Source of the DNA: Vulcanimicrobiota bacterium
GTDB taxonomy: Bacteria; Vulcanimicrobiota; Vulcanimicrobiia; Vulcanimicrobiales; Vulcanimicrobiaceae
DNA: 64,000 bases
Assembly: GCA_963820825.1 (NCBI GenBank)
Contig: CAWGBN010000009.1
Location: 96,001 to 160,000, forward strand
Direction: 5' to 3'
Positions 1-10,813 of this stretch are shown one piece after another. How positions within the stretch are numbered: the first letter of the stretch is position 1; each line of letters starts with the position of its first letter. A program made the position numbers and the translations under genes. The notes under the pieces were generated by a model. It did no database searches. It was not told where the DNA came from and worked only from the letters and a program-made list of their open reading frames with translations.

Positions 1-1803
<1,803 letters not shown>

Positions 1804-1892
1804 GTTGCGGTTAGATTTCCTTATGCTACAAACCGCAACCTATAAGGAAGTCGTTGCGGGCTGCCGAGCGACCAGGCGCTTAATGTTCTTCG

Positions 1893-2780
1893 TCACTCCC
1901 TCGTGATACCCGTCACCAAGCCGCTTTCGATTCTCAGCGCGAGCCCAGGCTTCATATGAAAGGTCCCCGTTCGGCCGCCTTCGAGCGCCTTCACGACCTC
2001 CTCGACGTGGAGAAAGTCGACGTCGCTCAGTTCCCCCTCATCGGCGAGCCGAGAGCGCACCAAGAGCCGCAGCTCGGCTCGTCGCGAGGCATCCCGTTCG
2101 TCGGCGACGACCGCCGCGGCTCGGGCGACCGCCTCGTCCAGGCCGGGGAAGACCGGGCGCAGCGCCGTCAGGGCCTCCCGCACGGCATTGCGGCGAAGGG
2201 TCGTGTCGGCGTTGGACGGATCGACCGCGTACGGCAACGCTCGGGCGTGACAGTACGCGCGCAACGTCTCGGACGGAATTCCAAGGAAGGGCCGTGCGAG
2301 ATCGAGGCCCGGGGCGAGCCGGCGCCGGCCGCGCATCCCCCGCAGCCCGGCCGGTCCCGTCCCGCGCAGCAACGCGAGCAGTACCGACTCGGTCTGGTCC
2401 TCCGCGTGGTGCGCGGTTGCGACCGCTTGGCAGTCGGAGCGTTTGCCGGCGTCGATCAGCGCGTCGTAGCGCGCCGTCCGCAACCGCTGTTCGCTTCGCT
2501 GCCGGCCGCCGAGCGAGACGGTATCGATCGGCATGCCGAACTGCGCCGCGATCTGAAGCGCGACGCACTCGTCTTGCCACGTCGATTCGCGCGTTCCATG
2601 ATCGACGAAGGCCAAACGCAGCGTAAGCTCGAGACGTTTTGCCACCGCGTGAAGCGCCGCCGCGAGCGCGACCGAATCGGGACCGCCGCTGCAGGCAACC
2701 AACACGCGCTCGCCGCGGCGAATGACGCCGCTCTCTTCGACGGCGCGTTCGACGTCGCGCTCGGGATGCGCGCCTCTCAC
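1893..2780 (-). CDS. tilS: tRNA(Ile)-lysidine synthetase TilS (short form)
   Basis: PP-loop ACSGGPDS, RTARY, TAHHAEDQTES, DPSN...RNAVR; sits directly upstream of ftsH. Confidence 0.93.
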   Translation of the reverse strand: MRGAHPERDVERAVEESGVIRRGERVLVACSGGPDSVALAAALHAVAKRLELTLRLAFVDHGTRESTWQDECVALQIAAQFGMPIDTVSLGGRQRSEQRLRTARYDALIDAGKRSDCQAVATAHHAEDQTESVLLALLRGTGPAGLRGMRGRRRLAPGLDLARPFLGIPSETLRAYCHARALPYAVDPSNADTTLRRNAVREALTALRPVFPGLDEAVARAAAVVADERDASRRAELRLLVRSRLADEGELSDVDFLHVEEVVKALEGGRTGTFHMKPGLALRIESGLVTGITRE

Positions 2781-3238
2781 GAGCGGCGCACGTGCGCGGC
2801 AATTTCGCGCTCGACCTCGCGCTTCGCGGTGGCGGCGCGCTTATCCCAAAATTTCTTGCCGCGTACCAGACCGAGCTGAATCTTCGCCATCCCTCGGGTG
2901 AAATAGAGCCGCAGCGGCACGACCGTCAATCCCTTCTCGGCAACGCGGCTCTGCAGCCGCAGAATCTCTTCCTTATGCAGCAGCAGCTTACGCGGGCGCG
3001 TCGGCTCGGAGTTCGAGAAGCTTCCCTGGCGGTAGGGCGGAACGTGCATGCCGAGCAGCCACGCTTCGCCGTCGCGAAAGCGCGCGTACGCTTCCGTCAG
3101 GCTCGCGCCCCCGCCCCGAATCGCCTTGATCTCGGTGCCGCTGAGCACCAAACCGGCTTCGAGCGACTCGAGAACGTGATATTCATAGCGCGCGCGCCGA
3201 TTCTCGATCGACGGCGCGGTGTTCGCCGGCCTACTCAT
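2777..3238 (-). CDS. smpB: SsrA-binding protein SmpB
   Basis: NRRARYEY, EAGLVLSGTEIKAIR, RKLLLHK, GKKFWDKR. Confidence 0.97.
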   Translation of the reverse strand: MSRPANTAPSIENRRARYEYHVLESLEAGLVLSGTEIKAIRGGGASLTEAYARFRDGEAWLLGMHVPPYRQGSFSNSEPTRPRKLLLHKEEILRLQSRVAEKGLTVVPLRLYFTRGMAKIQLGLVRGKKFWDKRAATAKREVEREIAAHVRRS

Positions 3239-3684
3239 TGCGCAAAGAGCGGATTGCGGCGATCGTCGGCGGCATCGAGCGTGCCGCGCGAGACGAAACT
3301 CCCTTCCGCACGCGCGAGAACGTCGCCATCGGCATCGAGAACCGTACCTTCAACGCCGAGAACTCTTCGGCGTTGCCAGGTGACGCGCCCGCGCACGACG
3401 ATCGGCGCCTCGAGCGGCACCGGTTTTCGGAAGCGCACGCTTACGCTCGCGGTAACGCCGCGATGTCCGGCAAAGCCCGCCGCATGCGCCATCGCCTCGT
3501 CGAGGAGCGCCATCACGATGCCGCCGTGCGCGATGCCGCGCCAACCCTGATAGACGGGCGCCAGCCGGAGCCGCGCAACGACGCCTTCGGCATCGAGCGC
3601 GCGATCGAAGTGCAGGTGCATCCCAATCGGATTCGCCGGGCCGCACGCAAAACAGTTGCCGTCGTCGAAGGGTACGTCGCTCAT
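3235..3684 (-). CDS. PaaI-family hotdog thioesterase
   Basis: CFACG N-terminus and AHGGIVMALLDE motif; 4-bp overlaps with both neighbours. Confidence 0.88.
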   Translation of the reverse strand: MSDVPFDDGNCFACGPANPIGMHLHFDRALDAEGVVARLRLAPVYQGWRGIAHGGIVMALLDEAMAHAAGFAGHRGVTASVSVRFRKPVPLEAPIVVRGRVTWQRRRVLGVEGTVLDADGDVLARAEGSFVSRGTLDAADDRRNPLFAQ

Positions 3685-4406
3685 CGCCCGTGGCTCAAAC
3701 GGCTAACCAGGTGCGCCGGCAAACCGGCCTCTCGCATCTTTCGCTGCGTCTCTTCGATCGGATACGCGTAGCGAATCCACTCGACGCGCCGAGCCTCCGA
3801 ATCGTACCGTACGAAGCAGGGTTCCGGATTGAGATCGCGCGGCTGTCCGACGCTCCCGACGTCGATAATATAGCGTCGATCTTCCTCGAGATCGAGCGTA
3901 CCGCCCTTCTGCATGTGTTTGTGCGCGATATTCCCTTCGCCGTCGAGCGCCCAATACTCGGCGATGTGCGTGTGACCGACGAAGACGATCGGCGCGTCGG
4001 TCCGTTCGAAGGCGTGCGCCGCCGTGCCCTTGTCCAGGATGTATTCGAAGTACTCAACCGGCGCGCCGTGCACGAGCAGAAACTCCGGCAGGCGCAATTC
4101 GTAGGGAAGGGCGTTTAACCAGAGGCGGCTCGGCTCGTCGAGCACCCCTTGCGTCCAACCGATCGCCGCGCGCGCGGCTGCGTTGAAACTCTCGACGCCG
4201 AAGTTCTCGACCGCGGCGAGGTCGTGGTTCCCTAAGACGGCGTGCCGGCAGCGCTCGCGCAGCAGCGCGACGCAATCGTTGGGGTTCGGTCCGTAGCCGA
4301 CGACGTCACCGAGAGAGACCAGCGTCTCGTCTTCCGCGACGCTCGCCAACACGCACTGCAGCGACTCGAGGTTCGAATGAACGTCCGAGACGATCGCATA
4401 CTTCAT
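3681..4406 (-). CDS. Calcineurin-like metallophosphoesterase
   Basis: SDVHSN, GDVVGYG, GNHD, VHG, GHTH and GSVGQPRD motifs. Confidence 0.92.
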   Translation of the reverse strand: MKYAIVSDVHSNLESLQCVLASVAEDETLVSLGDVVGYGPNPNDCVALLRERCRHAVLGNHDLAAVENFGVESFNAAARAAIGWTQGVLDEPSRLWLNALPYELRLPEFLLVHGAPVEYFEYILDKGTAAHAFERTDAPIVFVGHTHIAEYWALDGEGNIAHKHMQKGGTLDLEEDRRYIIDVGSVGQPRDLNPEPCFVRYDSEARRVEWIRYAYPIEETQRKMREAGLPAHLVSRLSHGR

Positions 4407-4410
4407 CGTT

Positions 4411-5508
4411 TTAGGCGAAGACCTCGGCCAAGACGCCGCGCAAGGCTTGCGCGAAAGCGGTGCGCATCGGTTCGGTGCCGGCGCTCACGCGAACGTACGA
4501 ATCGAGCGGCGGCGCTCCCGGCTTACGGATCCAAACGCCGCGGGCGAGCAGCTCGTCCATAACGCGCCGCGCGCGCTGCGCAGTCTCCATCTCGATGCAG
4601 ACGAAGTTCGTCCGCGATTCGATGTAGCCGCGGCCGAGCTCGCGGGCGAGCCGGTAGTACGCCTCGCGCGCCTCCGCCGTCGCCGCGACGACGCGTCGCC
4701 GAAACTCGTCGTCGCCAAGCGATGCCAGCGCGCCGATCTGCGCGTTGCGGTTGATACCGTATTGGAGCCGAATCTTTTGGAAGGTGCGCACGTTGCGCTC
4801 GGTCGTTACCGCGTAACCGATGCGCGCGCCCGCCATGCCGTACGCCTTCGAAAAGGTGCGTAATCGGATTATCCGGTCCTCGAGCACTTGTGCGAGGAGT
4901 TCCTCCTCTTCGACGAAGTCCGCGTAGGCTTCGTCGAGCAGCAAGAGCGTGTCGGGCGGGAGCGATTCGAAGAAGCGCGCGATCTCCGATTTCAAGATGA
5001 AGCGCCCGCTCGGATTGTCGGGGTTCGCCAAGTAGAGGATCCGCGGCGCGTCTCGACGCGCGCCGGCGAGCAGCGACTCGCAATCCGGCGTACCGTCGCT
5101 GCGGTACTCGACCTCGACGAGCCGTCCGCCGTACCCGACGACGTGATAGGCGAAGGTCGGATAGGTTCCGCGGGTTGCGAACGCCGTATCGCCGGGCGCG
5201 AGAAAGGCGCGGACCGCCAACCCCATCAATTCGTCGATGCCCGAGCCGACGACGATCTCCGCGGGACGGCAACGATGCTTCGCTGCAAGCGCATCGCGCA
5301 GATCGAGCGATTCGGGATCTCCGTACCACGCGAGTCGTGGAAGCTCGCGCGCCATCGCCTCCACCGCCTTCGGCGATGGCCCGAAGGCGCTCTCGTTTGC
5401 ACCGAGACGAATGAGCTCGCGCTGACCCGTCTCGCGCATCAGTTGCTCGGGGCCGATGAACGGCGTCGTCTCCGGGATCGCCTCGACGGCGCGGGTGGGA
5501 CGAATCAC
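4411..5508 (-). CDS. Class I/II PLP aminotransferase, histidinol-phosphate aminotransferase-like
   Basis: LGANES, NPDNPSG, LDEAY and RTFSKAYGMAGARIGY. Start placed at GTG 5508, which overlaps the moeA stop. Confidence 0.88.
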   Translation of the reverse strand: MIRPTRAVEAIPETTPFIGPEQLMRETGQRELIRLGANESAFGPSPKAVEAMARELPRLAWYGDPESLDLRDALAAKHRCRPAEIVVGSGIDELMGLAVRAFLAPGDTAFATRGTYPTFAYHVVGYGGRLVEVEYRSDGTPDCESLLAGARRDAPRILYLANPDNPSGRFILKSEIARFFESLPPDTLLLLDEAYADFVEEEELLAQVLEDRIIRLRTFSKAYGMAGARIGYAVTTERNVRTFQKIRLQYGINRNAQIGALASLGDDEFRRRVVAATAEAREAYYRLARELGRGYIESRTNFVCIEMETAQRARRVMDELLARGVWIRKPGAPPLDSYVRVSAGTEPMRTAFAQALRGVLAEVFA

Positions 5509-6755
5509 GCAGCCCCTAAGAAACCGTAGACGCTCACCGGCGTATTCTCCGGCCATTCGTCGTCGCGTTCGGCCATCACGATATATCCGTCGGCACGCGC
5601 CGTGAGACTGACCGAGAACGAGCGCAGCGCCAGCGGATAGGCCGACGGTAGTCCACCGTCGGCCTCAATGCGAACCGGAACGTACCAGGTCCATCCGCTG
5701 CGGCTGCGCGCCGGCGCGGCGAGCCGGGCTCGGCGCTCCGGGACGACGATCGGCGCGCCGGTAAGCGCGCCGGCAATCGGTGCTGCAACCGCCTCGAGAA
5801 TCATCAGCGCCGAGGTTGGATTGCCGGGTAGGCCGATGATCGGCTTGGCGCCATGCGCGCCCAAGAGCGTCGGCTTCCCCGGTTTGACGCGCAGGCCGTG
5901 AACGACGATGCCGGGATCGGCGATTGCGGCGACGGCGCGTGGTAGACGATCGCGCGCGCCGACCGACGAGCCGCCGGTCACGACGACGCCGTCGCACTCT
6001 GCGAGTGCCGCGGCGATCGCCGATTCGAACTCCGGTGCCTCGTCGCGCAGCGTCGGATAGTGACGCGGCGTTACGCCCATCGCGCGCAGCGAGGCAGCGA
6101 CGACGTACCGGTTCGAATCCCGAATTTGGCCCGGCTCGGGGCGCTGCGCGGGATCGATCAGCTCGTCGCCGCTGGAGAAAACCGCCAAGACCGGACGCCG
6201 GTAGACCGCAACGCTCGTATGCCCCAGCGTTGCAAGCACCCCGATCTCCGGCGCGCGAATGCGACGGCCGGCGGCGAGAACGAGCTCTCCGCAACGCATG
6301 TCGGCCGCGCGATCGACGACGTTGTCGCCCGCGGCGACGGGTGCTTCGACGATTACCCGCCCGTCGACGACGCGCACGTCTTCGACCGGAACGACCGCGT
6401 CGGCTCCTTGCGGGAGCAGTCCGCCGGTCGGAATCCGGCTCGCGACACCAGCGCCGATCGGCTGCAGCGGGGCGCTTCCCATGCGCACCTCTTGCGCGAT
6501 CTCGTAGGTCCGGGGCGACGAGTCTGCGCGCAGCGCAAAGCCGTCCATGAGCGAGCGGGGCGCCGCCGGATAATCGGCGTCGGCGGCGATCGGCTCGGCG
6601 AGCACGCGTCCGAGCGCCTCGTCGAGCGAGACGCGCTCGGCGGCGGGCGGCGCAATCGCCACCCGGCTCAAAAATGCGACGATCGCCTGGCGGGGCGGCA
6701 GCAGCCGTTCTACCGCAAACCCCGTTTCCGGTAGGACTGGATTTACAGACCGCAT
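5505..6755 (-). CDS. moeA: Molybdopterin molybdotransferase MoeA
   Basis: MDGFAL, SSGDEL, IRDSN, TGGSSVG, VKPGKP, GLPGNP. The upstream part of the 1147-aa track ORF is the antisense shadow of serS; start placed at ATG 6755. Confidence 0.93.
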   Translation of the reverse strand: MRSVNPVLPETGFAVERLLPPRQAIVAFLSRVAIAPPAAERVSLDEALGRVLAEPIAADADYPAAPRSLMDGFALRADSSPRTYEIAQEVRMGSAPLQPIGAGVASRIPTGGLLPQGADAVVPVEDVRVVDGRVIVEAPVAAGDNVVDRAADMRCGELVLAAGRRIRAPEIGVLATLGHTSVAVYRRPVLAVFSSGDELIDPAQRPEPGQIRDSNRYVVAASLRAMGVTPRHYPTLRDEAPEFESAIAAALAECDGVVVTGGSSVGARDRLPRAVAAIADPGIVVHGLRVKPGKPTLLGAHGAKPIIGLPGNPTSALMILEAVAAPIAGALTGAPIVVPERRARLAAPARSRSGWTWYVPVRIEADGGLPSAYPLALRSFSVSLTARADGYIVMAERDDEWPENTPVSVYGFLGAA

Positions 6756-6770
6756 AAGGCGCGCTTCTCC

Positions 6771-8054
6771 ATGCTCGACATCGCTCTGATTCGGCGCGAT
6801 CCCGACCGCGTTCGAAAGGCTCTCCGTCGCCGCGGGCTCGATGACTCGCCGGTCGGCGAAGTTCTGCGCTACGACGAGGAGTACCGCTCCGCGCTTACGG
6901 CGGCCGAACAGGCGAAGGCCGAGAAGAACAGACTCTCGGCGGCAATCGGCGAGGCGGAAGACAAGGCAACCGCGGCGCGCGAGCTGCGCCCGAAGATCGC
7001 CGAACTGACCGCACGCATCGCCGACCTCGAAGGACGCGCTCGCGCGCTCTCGATTTCGAACGGCGAATCGCCGCTGCGCGCGCTGCTCGAGAGCATGCCG
7101 AACGTTCTCGACGATTCCGTTCCCGACGGAACCGACGAAACGGCAAACGTCGAGTTGCGCCGTTGGGGTGAACCCCCGCGCTTTGACTTCACGCCGCTGC
7201 CGCATTGGGAGCTCGGCGAGCGCCTCGGAATTCTGGATTTCGCTCGCGCCGCAAAGCTCTCGGGAAGCCGGTTCGCCGTGCTGCGCGGCGCCGGCGCGCG
7301 ACTCTCTCGCGCGCTCGCCGCATTTTTCCTCGCCCGGGCTGCGGAGCGCGGGTACGTCGAGATCGCGCCGCCGCTCCTCGTTTCGCGCGAAACGATGTGG
7401 TCGACGGGTCAGCTCAGCAAGTTTTCGGACGCAATGTTTGCCGACGCCGACGGCGAGCTCTTTATGATTCCAACCTCCGAGGTGCCGTTGACGGCGCTGC
7501 GCGGCCACGAAATCCTCGATGCCTCCGAGCTTCCGCTCCGGTACGTCGCGCAGACGCCGTGCTTTCGCAAAGAGGCCGGAGCGGCGGGAAAGGATACGCG
7601 CGGATTGATGCGGCTGCATCAATTCGATAAGGTCGAGCTCGTTTGGCTCACCGCGCCGGAAGCCTCGTTCGAAGCGCTCGAAACGCTGACGCATCACGCC
7701 GAGGAACTCTTGGCGGAGCTCGAGATACCCCATCGAGTCGTCTCTCTCTGCGCGGGCGATACCGGTTTCAATGCCGCCAAGACCTACGACTTGGAAGCCT
7801 GGATTCCGAGCGGAGGTTCCTATCGCGAGATCAGCTCGTGCTCGAACTGCACCGACTTTCAGGCGCGCCGCGCCGCAATTCGATTTCGCCGCGACCCGAG
7901 CGGCAAGCCGGAGCTCGTGCATACGCTCAACGGCTCGGGCCTCGCCATAGGACGAACGTTGATCGCGATCATGGAGAACCATCAGCGGCCGGACGGATCG
8001 GTCGCCGTACCCGCCGCGTTGCAGCCGTACGCCGGATTCGACGTTATCGGCTAA
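6771..8054 (+). CDS. serS: Serine--tRNA ligase
   Basis: MLDI N-terminal coiled coil, IPTSEVP, FRKEAG, HQFDKVEL, YREISSCSN, HTLNGSGLA. Confidence 0.98.
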   Translation: MLDIALIRRDPDRVRKALRRRGLDDSPVGEVLRYDEEYRSALTAAEQAKAEKNRLSAAIGEAEDKATAARELRPKIAELTARIADLEGRARALSISNGESPLRALLESMPNVLDDSVPDGTDETANVELRRWGEPPRFDFTPLPHWELGERLGILDFARAAKLSGSRFAVLRGAGARLSRALAAFFLARAAERGYVEIAPPLLVSRETMWSTGQLSKFSDAMFADADGELFMIPTSEVPLTALRGHEILDASELPLRYVAQTPCFRKEAGAAGKDTRGLMRLHQFDKVELVWLTAPEASFEALETLTHHAEELLAELEIPHRVVSLCAGDTGFNAAKTYDLEAWIPSGGSYREISSCSNCTDFQARRAAIRFRRDPSGKPELVHTLNGSGLAIGRTLIAIMENHQRPDGSVAVPAALQPYAGFDVIG

Positions 8055-8998
8055 GAGACGTCTTGAATCAGCTCGAGGAGCACTTCGCGGTCGAGGTAAC
8101 GGATGTGCCCGTGCTCGCGGCGCAGCGCCTTGCGCGACTCGAGCTCGGCGATCGCGCGCGCGGCGACTTCCTTCACCGTGCCGCCCGCCGCGGCGATCTG
8201 CGATTGTGTGATCGTCGATAACGAAGCGGACGCCGGTACCATGCCGCGTTCGGGCATCGCGTACGGTAAGAGCACGCGCGCGATGCGTCCGAGAATCGGC
8301 AACGATCCCTGAATCGCCAGCGCGTCGGCGAGAAGCCGGATGCGCTGCGCCATCACGATTCCAAGCGCGTTGGTCAACTGCGGATAGCGTTCGGCGACGC
8401 GCGCAACGACGTCCCACGGAATCTTGAGCACGTGCGCCGATTTGGAGAAGACGGCGATGCGCGCCATCTTGAATCCGCGGTCGAAGTATTCGGCGACGCC
8501 GAAGAGCTCGTACGGGAAAATCTCGTACAGAATTCGTTCGCGCTCGCGGCCGCCGCCGTTCGCGCGAGCAACGATTCCTTCGGTCACCACGCCGATGAAC
8601 GTCCAGTCGGCGTTCTCGGCAACGAGCGTCTGGCCGCGCCGCCCCGTCTGCCAAAGCGACGCGGCGGCGAGTTCCGCGCGCACGCCGGCATCGAGCGAGG
8701 CGAAGGCAGGGCAGCGGCTCAAATGCTGTGCGGCTGAGTTGCGGTCGTTTTGCTCCCCGGCGCGCGGCGTCAGCCGCAAGTGCCAGAGGCGGTTGGCAAC
8801 GCGGCGGGCCTCGACGATGAAGCGATCCGGCCGGTCCTGCGTGAGACGCGCGGAGAGCGCGCGCGGCTCGTTTTCTGTTATGAGAGTAAGCGTGGCGCCC
8901 GATGGAAGACGATCGAGGGCCTTGCGAACGAGCTCGGACCGTTCCCATGCCGGGACGGCTCGCAGGTCAATTTCGGCTGGTTGTACCACGCTCGTCAC
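8051..8998 (-). CDS. Crp/Fnr-family regulator with N-terminal DUF2249-like domain
   Basis: IDLRAVPAWER...LITENEPRAL N-domain, cNMP-binding-like core, C-terminal HTH ITQSQIAAAGGTVKEVAAR. Confidence 0.82.
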   Translation of the reverse strand: MTSVVQPAEIDLRAVPAWERSELVRKALDRLPSGATLTLITENEPRALSARLTQDRPDRFIVEARRVANRLWHLRLTPRAGEQNDRNSAAQHLSRCPAFASLDAGVRAELAAASLWQTGRRGQTLVAENADWTFIGVVTEGIVARANGGGRERERILYEIFPYELFGVAEYFDRGFKMARIAVFSKSAHVLKIPWDVVARVAERYPQLTNALGIVMAQRIRLLADALAIQGSLPILGRIARVLLPYAMPERGMVPASASLSTITQSQIAAAGGTVKEVAARAIAELESRKALRREHGHIRYLDREVLLELIQDVS

Positions 8999-9052
8999 GT
9001 TCTCGCCGGGCCGAGCGCTCTACTCCCAGAATGGCACGAGAGAGGAGCTAGC

Positions 9053-9571
9053 ATGGTAGGGTCGTTGGTAAAGCGGTTCGTCAGTTGCGTCGGCATCGTC
9101 TGGTTGGGAGTCATGGGGCTGCCTAGCCCCGCGTCGGCACAGTCCACGATGTCCTATTTCAACACGGCGATAACCGAGGTCTACGGATCGACATATCCGA
9201 TCACGGGCAAGCTCGATCTGGAGATCTTTCCCGACGGTCACCTGCGCGGTTATTATCACACGTCATTTTATAAGCTCTTCATCCCGGTCGCGGGCGGTCG
9301 AGACGGCAACTATATCTGGTTCGACATCGGGCCCTCGAGCGTCGATCTCGGGCTCGGCGCCGGACCGCAAGGCAAGCTGCACGTCGTCGCGACCATGAAC
9401 AACGACGGCTCGTTCCGCGGCCAGGTCTACCCGGAGACTGCGGCGGTGCTCTCGGGGCTCTCGATGCAGTACAACTTCGCGAACACCTCGCCGAGTTCGC
9501 AGAACTCCACCGACCAGTACCTCTTCGCGGGGACGCCGACGTCGGAAGTGGAATCGACGCCGGCGCCATAG
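9053..9571 (+). CDS. Secreted hypothetical protein
   Basis: GAGGAG RBS, ATG at 9053, signal peptide ending ASA-Q, high GC3. Confidence 0.75.
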   Translation: MVGSLVKRFVSCVGIVWLGVMGLPSPASAQSTMSYFNTAITEVYGSTYPITGKLDLEIFPDGHLRGYYHTSFYKLFIPVAGGRDGNYIWFDIGPSSVDLGLGAGPQGKLHVVATMNNDGSFRGQVYPETAAVLSGLSMQYNFANTSPSSQNSTDQYLFAGTPTSEVESTPAP

Positions 9572-9587
9572 CGAAACGAGTGAGGCC

Positions 9588-10268
9588 TTAGCCTCCGAGC
9601 GAGCGTTGGCCGACCACTCGGCCGACCGCCGGCATCGAATCGGCGCCGTTGCCCCAGATCCCGTTGAAGCTATTGTTGTCCCCGTTGAACCAGAACGAGA
9701 ACCATCCCGAACCGTTGGGACCCGTCCAGGTCGCGCGGACCTTATCCTTGGTGCGGAACTTGCCGTTGAGCGTGATCGGGCCGGTGTGGCAGACGACCGT
9801 CGGTCCCGACTCCGTGCACTTCATCGTGCCGACGAATGCGGTGGGACCGCCCGCGCCGACGACGTTCCAGGTACCCTTTGCCGTGATGGGCGAGGGCGGC
9901 AGAACCTTGTTACCGACGAACGAGCCGTTTGCCGCGCGCCCGTTGTAGCCCCAGGTTCCGTTGAAGCTGTGGCCGTTGGCGCTGACGTAGATCGTTAACC
10001 AGCCGGCGCCGCCCGGACCGTGCCACTTTCCGTTGATCTTGGAGTCGGTGACGAAGGTCCCCGTAAATCCGTTACCGTTGGCGGCATTATTGCCGACGAG
10101 CGAGTCGCCCGACTGCTTCAGCGTGACCGTCGCCGTCGAGGTGCCGTTCAGACCGGTCTGCTGGACGCTCCAGGTTCCGGTAATGTTCGGGGGGCTAGCG
10201 ACGACCGCGACCGTCGAGGTCGCGAGGAGCGCCAATCCGCAGCAGAGCGAAGTAACAAGACGTTTCAC
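9588..10268 (-). CDS. Secreted protein with two internal beta-rich repeats
   Basis: AAGGAG RBS, signal peptide, duplicated GTW...W.GP.G.GW...SFNG.WG unit. Confidence 0.8.
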   Translation of the reverse strand: MKRLVTSLCCGLALLATSTVAVVASPPNITGTWSVQQTGLNGTSTATVTLKQSGDSLVGNNAANGNGFTGTFVTDSKINGKWHGPGGAGWLTIYVSANGHSFNGTWGYNGRAANGSFVGNKVLPPSPITAKGTWNVVGAGGPTAFVGTMKCTESGPTVVCHTGPITLNGKFRTKDKVRATWTGPNGSGWFSFWFNGDNNSFNGIWGNGADSMPAVGRVVGQRSLGG

Positions 10269-10363
10269 TAATCTCTCTCCTTCAAGTAGGTTGACTTCTT
10301 GGCAGTTAGTCTACTCGCGGAAGCAAGGGAGTGCCACCCCTTACGTAGGGAGAATAGGGGCTC

Positions 10364-10813
10364 ATGAAGCGTTTTTTCGGGGTCGCGGTCGCCGCCGCGA
10401 TCGCCGCCTTCGGAGTATCGGTACGTCCCGCCGGCGCCAACGGCACGGTCGTGATCGCCTACACGGACGGCTCCTCGAAGCTCTATCACAACGTCCGGAT
10501 CATCATCTGGAACGAGAGCATGGCCATCACTTCCGCCGACGGGCAGGGGACCGTCGTGCTCGGCAAAGCTTCCTGTACGAAGGTCGGGGAGCTCCTTCGA
10601 TGCCTGACCTACGACGCGACGCTCTTCCAGAACGGCGACAGGCTCCATATTCCACTACGGTCCGGGACGGTTTGGCTCAATCCGACCCATGACTACCAGC
10701 CGATGAGCCATTCCTCGGCGGAGATCCCCCCTCGCGGCGTGCTCCTGGCCGTAAAGACGCGACGGGGAACCGAAGTGACCATGACCGGTACCGTCGATGA
10801 GGTGCGCCGATGA
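10364..10813 (+). CDS. Secreted hypothetical protein
   Basis: Signal peptide, two Cys, ATGA overlap with the next gene. Confidence 0.75.
   Translation: MKRFFGVAVAAAIAAFGVSVRPAGANGTVVIAYTDGSSKLYHNVRIIIWNESMAITSADGQGTVVLGKASCTKVGELLRCLTYDATLFQNGDRLHIPLRSGTVWLNPTHDYQPMSHSSAEIPPRGVLLAVKTRRGTEVTMTGTVDEVRR

Noticed and set aside
2777..3238. tmRNA gene expected near smpB
   Set aside because: smpB overlaps coding genes on both sides, and I saw no ssrA-like ends in the window.
5505..8948. 1147-aa ORF that looks like a giant MoeA fusion
   Set aside because: Its N-terminal ~730 aa is the antisense shadow of serS plus an off-frame overlap with the Crp gene; MoeA motifs begin only after 6755.
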